Of a stretch of 45,284 nt of DNA, positions 36,493 to 45,284 are shown one piece after another. Positions within the stretch are counted from its first letter, which is position 1. Each line of letters starts with the position of its first letter. Position numbers and translations under genes: made by a program. Source of the DNA: Octopus sinensis (lineage: Eukaryota); the NCBI RefSeq assembly GCF_006345805.1, contig NW_021834837.1, positions 1 through 45,284 on the forward strand. Reading direction: 5' to 3'. The notes below the pieces were generated by a model. That model was not told the DNA's origin. It ran no database searches and saw only the letters and a list, made by a program, of their open reading frames with translations.

Positions 36493-37001
36493 TCTTAACT
36501 GATTGGAAGTGTTATCATGTACATTGTTTTGTCTTGGTATAAAAGATGGGCTACAGCAAATGTTCTGCTCAATACCACAGATTTGCTTGTCAGTTGTTTG
36601 ACCTTAACCAGTTGACCATGTCCCTCCGTGGCTGATGATATGTGCATCTCTGACGACGAGCAGAAGTAGTAGGTGAGCATCATAGCCGTGTGTTGAAAGG
36701 AATTCTTGGAGTCTTGGATAATTCATCTCTGAAAACATGGGTGGTTCGTTCAAAATCCTTAAACAATCCTTATTCGGGGACCTTTTGAGCGGGATGAGCT
36801 ACTCGACCAGAAGAAAATTCTAACTGTGCCTCACATGCAAGTTCATGCGCTGTTTTTCTTGATATCACCATGTCGCGCACATATAGCTGTGATGCATGTG
36901 CCTGGTGTACCCTTATCAGATGGGTAGTCATGATGGGTATACTAGGCTTCGTATATGTTACCCCTGTGCTACTTTCATGGCATGCACTGCACTCTCACTC
37001 G

Positions 37002-37012
<11 letters not shown>
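36493..37012. repeat. Repeat V, copy 2 (lacks first ~45 nt of copy 1)
   Basis: TCTTAACTGATTGGAAGTG...GCATGCACTGCACTCTCACTC flanked by (AAT)n on both sides. Confidence 0.9.
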
Positions 37013-37044
<32 letters not shown>

Positions 37045-37047
<3 letters not shown>

Positions 37048-37565
37048 AGTACATACAGACCGAACCATCAAAGCCAATAAATCAGATATTGTTGTGAATG
37101 ACCAAAACAATAAAGTTTGCTTATTGATCGACATGAGCATCCCCTGTGATCATAATATCTCAGCGAAAGAGTTTGACAAGCTCAGAAAATATAAAGACCT
37201 ACTCATTGAAATTGAGAAAATGTGGCATCTCAAGGCGGTTACAATACCAGTGATCGTAGGAGCACTAGGAATGATCAAGAAGGGAACCGAAAATTATATG
37301 AGAATGATCCCTGGCTTACCATCCCTGCAAGAAGTGCAAAAGATTGTCTTAACTGGTACATCACACGTATTGAGAAGAGCATTGTCGATGTGAGAACTAT
37401 TACTACCCATGTATTTTAATTTAACTTTAAAAAAAAAATGAACGAACTATTGAGTTTAGTTTAATGGCCTACCAATGTATACTATGAGTTTCTTTGCCCT
37501 AGGAGTCGGGAAGACACTCGGCAAGAAATGGAAGCAAATTTGAAAGAAGAAAAAAAAAAATAATA
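37045..37565 (+). mobile_element. REL-endonuclease LINE (R4/Dong-like), 5'-truncated, PD-(D/E)xK domain in an open frame
   Basis: TDRTIKANKSDIVV...LLIDMSIP.D.NIS.KEFDKL.KYKDL.IEI.KMW.LK..TIPVIVGALG...QKIVL.GT..VLRR.LS; (AAT)n on both sides. Confidence 0.9.
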
Positions 37566-37745
37566 ATCGTTTCTAGTAAAGGCACAAGACCTGAAATTTG
37601 TACGGGGGAGGGAAGTACTCGATTACATCTATTCCAGTGTTCAACTGACACTTAATTTATCGACCCCGAAAACACGAGAGGCAAAGTCGACTCCGACGAA
37701 ATTTGAACTCAGAAGGTAAAGACCTACAAAATGCCGCTAAGCGTT
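37562..37745 (-). mobile_element. SINE-A, diverged monomer
   Basis: GGCACAAGACCTGAAATTTG...GATTACATC...ATCGACCCCGAAA...ATTTGAACTCAGAA. Confidence 0.82.
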
Positions 37746-37759
37746 TTATTCAGCGTGCT

Positions 37760-38085
37760 GATGATTCGTACAACAACAACAACAACAACAACAATAACAA
37801 CAATAAAAATGGAGTAGGAAGTTGATGACGATGATGATAATGATAATGATGGTTGTATGTAGAAGGTGGTAATGTTGATAGGGACGGTAGGTTTTATTGC
37901 TGTCATTGTTATTGTTCTTGTTGCTGCTAGTGATGCTCTTTTCACTGTTCTTTAGTCTTGTTGAAATTCTTATAGTTGCTACTGTTGTGTTTACAGTCAC
38001 GTGATACCATGAGATGCTGCCTTTTGGCGGCCACCATCAAAGAAAACGTTTCCTACTCACCTACTGACCGCAATAATAATAATAA

Positions 38086-38151
<66 letters not shown>

Positions 38152-38230
38152 CGAATGAGGATGTGGTGGTGGCGATGGTCGTCGTGTTGGTGGTGGTGTT
38201 GGAGGTGGTGCGTCGGTAATTACAATGTAC
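37760..38230. repeat. Mosaic trinucleotide repeat region (AAC, GAT, GTT, AAT, AGT, GGT)
   Basis: Direct inspection; long pure (AGT)n at ~38095-38148. Confidence 0.9.
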
Positions 38231-39277
38231 ACCTAATTATTCATCTCTAAAGTGCTTCTTGACCGGTGACCAAACACCACCCAACACACACTCACACACA
38301 CACACACACACACGCTCATTGTTTATCTCCACCTCCACCACTTTCACACACACACACACACATTTTTCTCTGCACGTCTTCCCACACCTGCAGCCTGATC
38401 GTCCTTTCTTTCTCTCGTGGATAATTCTAGAGATTGTTCGATTAAGTATTATTGATCTCGAAGCCAATCCCGCCAACAGCCTGGAAGCTACGCGAAATAA
38501 GCATTTGGCTCTATCATATATTTAACACACCAAGTACTCACAAAGATATGCATACATACGTATATACATACATACATACATACATACATACATACATACA
38601 TACATACATAAATGCATATTTACAAGGTTCATACATAGCTACACATACGCACAAAAACACATACGTGAGTTAGTAAGTATATATATAAACACATACTACA
38701 TATACATATATATATTATACGTATAAATAATCACATTTTTGCAAACACACACACAGACACACACACATGCATGCGTGTATACATACATACATACATGCAT
38801 ACATACATACATACATACATGTCATTATTCAGTTTTATTTGAAGATTACATGCCAATAGAGTAAGAGTTGGTTTCTAACCTAGATCCAAGACTCCTTCAT
38901 TAGAATTTCAACATCAACAGAGTATTTTTATTTGTATATGCATGTATGTATATGTTTGTATGTATACATGCAAATTTGTACGTTTTGTTTTATGTACGTA
39001 TTCTCATGCATATTGTTGCATGTCTAGACATGCTCATATATATTTAAGTACTAAACTTCTGTAACGTTTTACAGAATTTTACAGTTTCTGTGATGTTTTG
39101 GACTTGTAGTCTTCGAACCAGTTATGTATGTATGTATGTATGTATGTATGTATATGGCAGCCTTCTCGTTTTTCTACCCAAAGGGTTTAAACCTAATATT
39201 TACATCCCTATTTCTCTCAATTTCTCCCTCGCTGTATATGTATATATGAAATGTAAAAAACATATTCTCTCAATAGG

Positions 39278-39408
39278 CACAGTGTGGTAAGTAGCTTGCT
39301 TACCAACCACATGGTTCCGGGTGCATTTCCACTGCGTGGCACCTTGGACAAATGTCTTCTACTTGTGAGTGAATTTGGTAGACAGAAACTGAAAGAACCC
39401 GTCGTATA

Positions 39409-39458
<50 letters not shown>

Positions 39459-39660
39459 TATAGGTGTGTGTGACTGTATTTGTCCCCCCCCCCAACAACG
39501 CGTGACAACCGTAACTTAGTGGTTCGGCAAAAGTGACCGATAGAATAAGTACTAAGCTTACAAAGAATAAGTCCTAGCGTCGATTTGCTCGACTAAAAAA
39601 GGCAGTGCTCCAGCACAGCCGCGGGTAAATGACTGAAACAAGTAAAAGAGTAAAAGAGAA
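39278..39660 (+). mobile_element. SINE-B with small internal deletions
   Basis: Head, (TA)n, tail TGACTGAAACAAGTAAAAGAGTAAAAGAG. Confidence 0.9.
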
Positions 39661-39860
39661 AATACCTCGTGTGTACCGTTGGCGATTTTTTTTCCTCTGT
39701 CTTCCCTTCTCTGGATCTTTCCTTCTCCTATGTTTCCGACGAAGAGCTCCGCTCGAAACGTTAAGCCCTCCTTCTTTCCTGAACATCCAATAATACTATA
39801 TTTGTTCCACGTCCTCGCGTTGTTGTTATTTTTTTTGTGCTTTCTTGTTTGATTAACTTT
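39660..39860 (+). mobile_element. Penelope-like 3' tail with hammerhead motif
   Basis: Aligns to 24418-24550; ends GATTAACTT(TA)n. Confidence 0.7.
39732..39766 (+). ncRNA. Minimal type I hammerhead motif
   Basis: GTTT-CCGACGA-A-GAGC tcc GCTC-GAAAC-GTT-AAGC; stem I GTTT/AAGC with one wobble, stem II 4 bp. Confidence 0.6.
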
Positions 39861-39945
39861 ATATATATATAATATAGTTTGTAAAAAATCAACAACGCGA
39901 GGACGTGAACAAATATAGTATTATGATGTTCAGGAAAGAAGGAGG

Positions 39946-39980
39946 GCTTAACGTTTCGAGCGGAGCTCTTCGTCGGAAAC
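39946..39980 (-). ncRNA. Inverted duplicate of the 39732-39766 hammerhead motif
   Basis: Exact reverse complement GCTTAACGTTTCGAGCGGAGCTCTTCGTCGGAAAC. Confidence 0.55.
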
Positions 39981-40366
39981 ATAAGAAGGAAAGTCCAGAG
40001 AAGGGGAGACAGAGGAAAAAAAAATCGCCAACGGTAACCACACGGTATTTTCTCTTTTACTCTTTTACTTGTTTCAGTCATTTACCCGCGGCTGTGCTGG
40101 AGCACTGCCTTTTTTAGTCGAGCAAATCGACGCTAGGACTTATTCTTGAAGCTTAGTACTTATTCTATCGGTCACTTTTGCCGAACCATAAGTTACGTTG
40201 TCACGCGTTGTGGGGGGGGGGGACAAATACAGTCACACACACCTAATATATTAAGAAGCCCGCCATTTACGGATATATGATTTGTAAACTTCTCCATGTG
40301 CTTCGTTAGAATAGAGCAGTTGGTGTTCGATCGACGGTACTGGTCGTTTATTTATGATATGTTCAG

Positions 40367-40561
40367 AATCAGTCTTACTGATGAGCATGGACGCAAATTC
40401 TTCTGCGGTGAGTGCGAAATCACAGGTGATATAAGACTAAATTCATTTTTTAATGTCTTGCTTTGAAAAACTGCATTGGGTATGATTAGTAAAATTTTTG
40501 GTAGAAATGACTTATGTCCCTCTTAGCGTGAGGCATTTATATGTAATAATGCCCTCTATAT

Positions 40562-40626
<65 letters not shown>

Positions 40627-40707
40627 GGTGGTCTCTCGAGTCTGAAATGAACGGTTCTGCATTTCTTTTCTTTAGCTGAAGAACCTGCACAAATGTTTAG
40701 TGTATAG
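40367..40707 (+). other. Candidate two-exon fragment (40367-40407 and 40676 onward) of an unidentified host gene
   Basis: TGTTCAG|41 nt|GTGAGT and CATTTCTTTTCTTTAG|; spliced frame ISLTDEHGRKFFC-AEEPAQMFSV* is open, as is MSMDANSSA-LKNLHK...; no recognisable homology. Confidence 0.25.
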
Positions 40708-40916
40708 CGATCAAATGTTGCTGATATTAGCTCACTCGCTCCATCAAATCGACATTAACTATGCTGGTGCAGGGTGTACCACGCGTCGGTCGTCCAAGAG
40801 ATTGCAGAGTAATGTAAGACGAAGTGTTTTACTCGAGAACACAATGCACAGTCGGGAAGTCGCAAAACGACCTCCCGATCATGGGTGCAAATCCCAACCA
40901 CATGTCCATACATCCT

Positions 40917-40956
<40 letters not shown>

Positions 40957-41165
40957 CGAATGTACATATATGTGTGTATGTGAATGTGCGTGTATTTGTG
41001 TTTAAGAGAGGGGGAGAGAAGGCGCGTTGCTTAGTGGTTAGATTATTCGACTCACGATCATATATATATATATATATATATATAAATTTTATATAAATAA
41101 GGATAAGATCGTAAAATTAAATATCGATCTTATCAAGTGGCCAGCATGTGAATAATTATTATTAA

Positions 41166-41314
41166 AATTATAATTTAGGGTATCTAAGAGAAACCACCAC
41201 GCTGGAAATGTTCATACAGCGAGTGCTGTATGAACATTTAATGTGGTTTTAGAGTCAGGTTTTGGCTGCTATTTCCAGCGTGGTGGTATCTCTTAGATTC
41301 CCTAAATTATAATT
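41166..41314. repeat. Fold-back palindrome: 44-bp outer arms plus perfect 14-bp inner hairpin
   Basis: 41166-41209 vs 41271-41314 (2 mismatches); AATGTTCATACAGC-gagt-GCTGTATGAACATT at 41207-41238. Confidence 0.92.
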
Positions 41315-41348
41315 ATATATATATATACAAATATATACACATGTGTGT

Positions 41349-41400
<52 letters not shown>

Positions 41401-41685
41401 TGTGGTGTGTGTATTTGTGTATTTATGTATGTACGAGGTGACTTTTGGTATTAAACCCCGTCCTGCAATGCTAAAATCCGTGTATGCGTAATTGGGGTAG
41501 CGTGCGTATAGTTTGTATGTGCCGATTACGAGTTACATTTTATTAAACGGAAGAGTTAATATTAAAAATTGATTTGTTATTCACATATTTATGCGTACAC
41601 ATAACTGCCTTGCATAATTCAACAACACCACACTTCATCAAGTGTGTGAATATGTGCTTGTGCGTGAGCGTATTTTTGGTGTATG

Positions 41686-41721
<36 letters not shown>

Positions 41722-42247
41722 TCTGTCTATCTGTCTGTCTGTGTGCGTTTGTATATTATCTAGAACGTAAAATCATTCTTCGTCTCGATTCTCTCTTCGG
41801 TCATGACTACCAGAGTACCAAGCATTTAACTAAAAAAAAGAAAGCAATAAATAACAGAAATAACAAAAACTCCAAGAACAAAAACAGTTACTACTACAAT
41901 AGCAGCAACAACAACAACAACAACAGGAACAATAATAACAACAACAGAAACAACTACCCTTTGAGCAAATACTAACAATTACAACTGCAATTATAAAGCT
42001 CTGCTGCGAATTTTCGATGAAAGCAGAAAAGTAAAACGGAAAATGGTGAAATACTTCCGTTCTGTAAGCTGGCCAAGAATGACTGACTGAAAACCCATGT
42101 CTTCAACCGTGATTGATGCCAACGTCTGTGTTCAATAAAGTGAGCAATTGCCTAAAGAATATTACAAGTTATTTAAAGTGTTAGACATTGAACAGAAACA
42201 TCTGTTAATACGTGCAGCAATTAGCCTCCATAACATTCAGTGACTGA

Positions 42248-42814
42248 TATTGGGTTGTCCGGAAAGTTCGTACCGATTTATAGTAGCTTACCTTTCGACT
42301 TATTTTAGAACATGTTGAGTCCATAAAATAGGATTTGACTACACCTCCATTTAGAGCACAGTTTAAGCTATCTTTTCGTGGAAGAAGATTTATGTTCCTA
42401 TAACCTGTGTTAATTCAGTAACCCTTTAAAATGGAAGATAAGAAAGTTCATTTTCGGCACTTGATGCTTTGGGAACCAGACAAAAATTGCTGAAGCTCGG
42501 CTGAGATGTGTTATCCCACCCTCCATATTCACCAGATATTGCTCCTTCGGATTTCCACTTATTCAGGTCTCAGCAGAATAGTCTTAATGGTAAAGATTTC
42601 AGTTCCTTGGATGACGTAAAAAGATACCTGGATGAATTCTTTGCCATGAAACCACCTGAATTCTGGGAAGAGGGTATTTTCAAGTTAAAGGAAAGATGGA
42701 AACGCATTGTGCAACAGAATGGTTCATATTTGGTTGATTAAAAATGTAATGGCAAGTATTTATTGACCTTTTCCTTTCCTTTAGAAATCGGCGCGAACTT
42801 TCTGGAATCCAATA
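42248..42814 (+). mobile_element. Internally deleted mariner element with both TIRs and TA duplications
   Basis: TA-TTGGGTTGTCCGGAAAGTTCGTACCGATTT / AAATCGGCGCGAACTTTCTGGAATCCAA-TA; MEDKKVHFRHLMLWE fused to HPPYSPDIAPSDFHLFRS...ERWKRIVQQNGSYLVD*. Confidence 0.95.
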
Positions 42815-43146
42815 AGGGTAAAGACCCCCTTCGGTCATGAATGACCATGGGATTGCACCTAGAAAGTTACCCTCCTAGACACAAGTCCGAGCAAGCTTGT
42901 TTATGGAAGGCCAGCAGTCGCCCATGCATACCGGCCTTCCCTCTCCACGCCACCAGTGTTAACCAAGGGAAAGACAAAGGTCGATACAGCTTGGCACCTG
43001 TGACGTCGCAACTCATTTCTACAGCTGAGTGAACTGGAGCAACGTGAAATAAAGTGCCTTGCTCGAGAACACAACACGCAGCCCGGTCCGGGATTCGAGC
43101 TCACAACCTCACGATCGTAAGCTCGACGCTCTAACCACTGAGCCAT
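42815..43146 (-). mobile_element. SINE-C: tRNA-derived head + CORE-like domain + LINE-like tail
   Basis: TGGCTCAGTGGTTAGAGCG...GCTCGAATCCC; GTGTTCTCGAGCAAGGCACTTTATTTCACGTTGCTCCAGTTCACTCAGCTGTAGAAATGAGT resembles the CORE domain. Confidence 0.85.
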
Positions 43147-43257
43147 AGAACTATCATAACGACTATAGTTATCATGCTTAGGCATACGGGTATAAATGTG
43201 AGTAGGATAAGGGAATTGGTCGATTGAGCTGGTCGACTACTTCAGCAGGTACTTTAA

Positions 43258-43750
43258 AAGGCGGCGAGCTGGCAGAATGGTTAGCACGCCGGGCGAAATG
43301 CGTAGCCGTATTTCGTATGCCGTTACGTTCTAAGTTCAAATTCCGCCGAGGTCGACTTTGCTTTTCATCCTTTCGGGGTCGATAAATTAAGTACCAGTTA
43401 CGCACTGGGGTCGATGTAATCGACTTAATCCGTTTGTCTGTCCTTGTTTGTCCCTTCTGTGTTTAGCCCCTTGAGGGTAGTAAAGAAATAGGTATTTCGT
43501 CTGTCTTTACGTTCTGAGTTCAAATTACGCCGACGTCGACTTTGCTTTTCATCCTTTCGGGGTCGATAAATTAAGTACCAGTTACGCACTGGGGTCGATG
43601 TAATCGACTTAATCCGTCTTCTGTCCTTGTTTGTCCCCTCTGCGTTTAGCCCCTTGTGGGTAGTAAAGAAATAGAAATAGGTATTGCGTCTGTCGCTACG
43701 TTCTGAGTTCAAATTCCGCCGAGGTCGACTTTGCCTTTCATCCTTTCGAT
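43258..43750 (+). mobile_element. SINE-A concatemer: head unit + second unit + truncated third unit
   Basis: A-box TGGCAGAATGG, B-box-like GTTCAAATTCC, GGCGG/CCGCC acceptor-stem-like pairing; junctions 43491/2 and 43680/1. Confidence 0.93.
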
Positions 43751-44351
43751 CAGAGAATGAAGGAGAGCAAATCACCGAAGCTGTTGGAATTTTTTTAATA
43801 CTTTGTTTTCTAAATGGATTTGTTCATGATTGAATTAGTTCCAATTATTCTATGTTGTCTACTATGTTATTATTGTAAAGAAGGTGGCAAGCTGGCAAAA
43901 TTGTTTGCGCATCAGACAAAATTCTTAGTGGCACTTTAAATCCCACTGCAATCAACTTTGCTTGTCATCCGTACAGATTCATGCCCCAGCATGGCCGCAG
44001 TCAAATGACAAACAGGTAAAAGATTACATCATGATAAATTAAGTACCAGTTACGCACTGGGGTTGTTGTAATCGACCTAATCCGTTTGCCTGTCTTCGTT
44101 TGTTCCCTCTATGTTTAGCCCCTTGTGGGCAATAAAGAAATAAGATACTTTAATTTATTAACGCTGGGTGGGGATTAAATACAAATTTGACTTAGGCGGG
44201 ATTTGAACTCAGAACGTTAGAACGCAGAAGAGTCGTATATTAGTGCAAGTCATTCTATCCGACGCTCTAGCCACCACCTTCATAATAATACTAAGTGTTT
44301 CGACCATAGACATTAAGTTTAAAATGTGATATGTGGTACTAGTTCACTATA

Positions 44352-44975
44352 GGTGCAGGAGTGGCCTTGTGGTAAAAATTTTACTTCCTAGCCACTGGTT
44401 CCGAGTTCAATCCCACTGCGTGGCACCTTGAGCAAGTGTCTTCTATAGCCTCAGGTCGACCAAAGCCTTGTGAGTAGATTTGATAGACAGAAACTGAAAG
44501 AAGCTCGTCGTGTGGCTGTGTGGTAAGTAGCTTGCTTACCAACCACATGGTTCCGGGTTCAGTCCCACTGCGTGGCACCTTGAGCAAGTGTCTTCTACTA
44601 TAGCCTCGGGCCGACCAAAGCCTTGTGAGTGGATTTGGTAGACGGAAACTGAAAGAAGCCCGTCGTATATATGTATATATATGAGTGTGTGTTTGTGTGT
44701 CTGTACTTGACAACAGATGCTGGTGTGTTTACGTCGCCGTAACTTAGCGGTTCGGCAAAAGAGACCGATAGAATAAGTACTAGGCTTACAAACAATAAGT
44801 CCTGGGGGGACGATCTTCTCGACTAAAGGCGGTGCTCCAGCATGGCCGCAGTCAAATGACTGAAACAAGTAAAAGAGTAAAATAATATATCTACGTGTGT
44901 GTGTGTCTGTTTTTGTCCTCCCATTACCACTTAACCGACGTCCCCGTAACAAAGCGGTTTGGCAAAAGAGACGTT
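44352..44975 (+). mobile_element. Young SINE-B (~44511-44882) nested inside an older SINE-B (44352-44510 and ~44890-44975)
   Basis: Diverged head ends GAAGCTCGTCG, then a near-consensus copy, then the diverged 3' half (TG)n..GTCCCCGTAAC.AAGCGGTTTGGCAAAAGAGAC. Confidence 0.85.
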
Positions 44976-45284
44976 TTATAATACTTTCTTGTATTCAGCT
45001 GCATAAAATTTTAATTTGTAAATCTACAAAACAGTTTTGTATTATGTTAAAGATTAGAGATACTTCCATAAATAGAGATTTTCTTTCTTTTTGTTTCTTT
45101 CTTTTCTTTTTGATATTTCGTTTCTTTTTTCGAAGGGCAAGCACTCGAATTTGTTTAGGTATTTCATAAATATGTTAAAGCTTAGATTATGTCATAGATT
45201 TTGTTCCATAGTTAAGCATAACACGAGAACGCAAGCAGAATTATATAAGCTTAAAATTGTGGCACAAGAGTAGCAAGTTTTGAG

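Larger units (their letters stand above)
39455..40252. repeat. Long inverted duplication: arms 39455-39825 and 39890-40252, 64-nt spacer
   Basis: Right arm is the reverse complement of SINE-B 3' half + Penelope tail, sharing private variants (CCTAGCGTCG, CACAGCCGCGGGTAAATG). Confidence 0.95.

Noticed and set aside
36896-37393. Novel poly-Asn / endonuclease fusion protein
   Set aside because: Accidental read-through from repeat V across (AAT)n into a truncated LINE
40378-40400. CTGATGAG hammerhead core
   Set aside because: No stem II followed by GAAA and no stem I complement
43040-43360. tRNA genes (A/B boxes, anticodon-like loops)
   Set aside because: All are SINE heads continuing into SINE bodies; they do not form complete canonical cloverleaves

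Overview
AT-rich, microsatellite-dense eukaryotic DNA made almost entirely of transposable-element debris. The SINE families resemble, from memory, those of octopod cephalopods, so an Octopus-like intronic or intergenic origin is inferred; no search was run. I find no confidently supported host protein-coding gene, rRNA, true tRNA or CRISPR array, and most long ORFs in the track are (TA)n/(TACA)n/(CA)n artefacts. Recognisable content: four tRNA-derived SINE groups (labelled A-D here); LINE remnants (L1/Tx1, RTE, CR1/L2, restriction-like-endonuclease type); Penelope-like elements (RT, GIY-YIG, and short tails carrying hammerhead-ribozyme motifs); and Tc1/mariner/maT/hAT remnants and MITEs. The most interesting signals are RNA-level or structural. 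(1) SINE-A forms head-[~183-nt unit]n concatemers with the same junction at four loci. (2) There are five minimal type I hammerhead motifs, one nearly canonical. (3) A ~365-bp-arm inverted duplication (39.45-40.25 kb) has mismatches that are almost all indels in one arm, so it may be an assembly artefact. (4) Two smaller fold-backs. (5) A CR1/L2 tail shared with SINE-B. (6) An (AAT)n insertion hotspot. Most coordinates were read by eye and are approximate.
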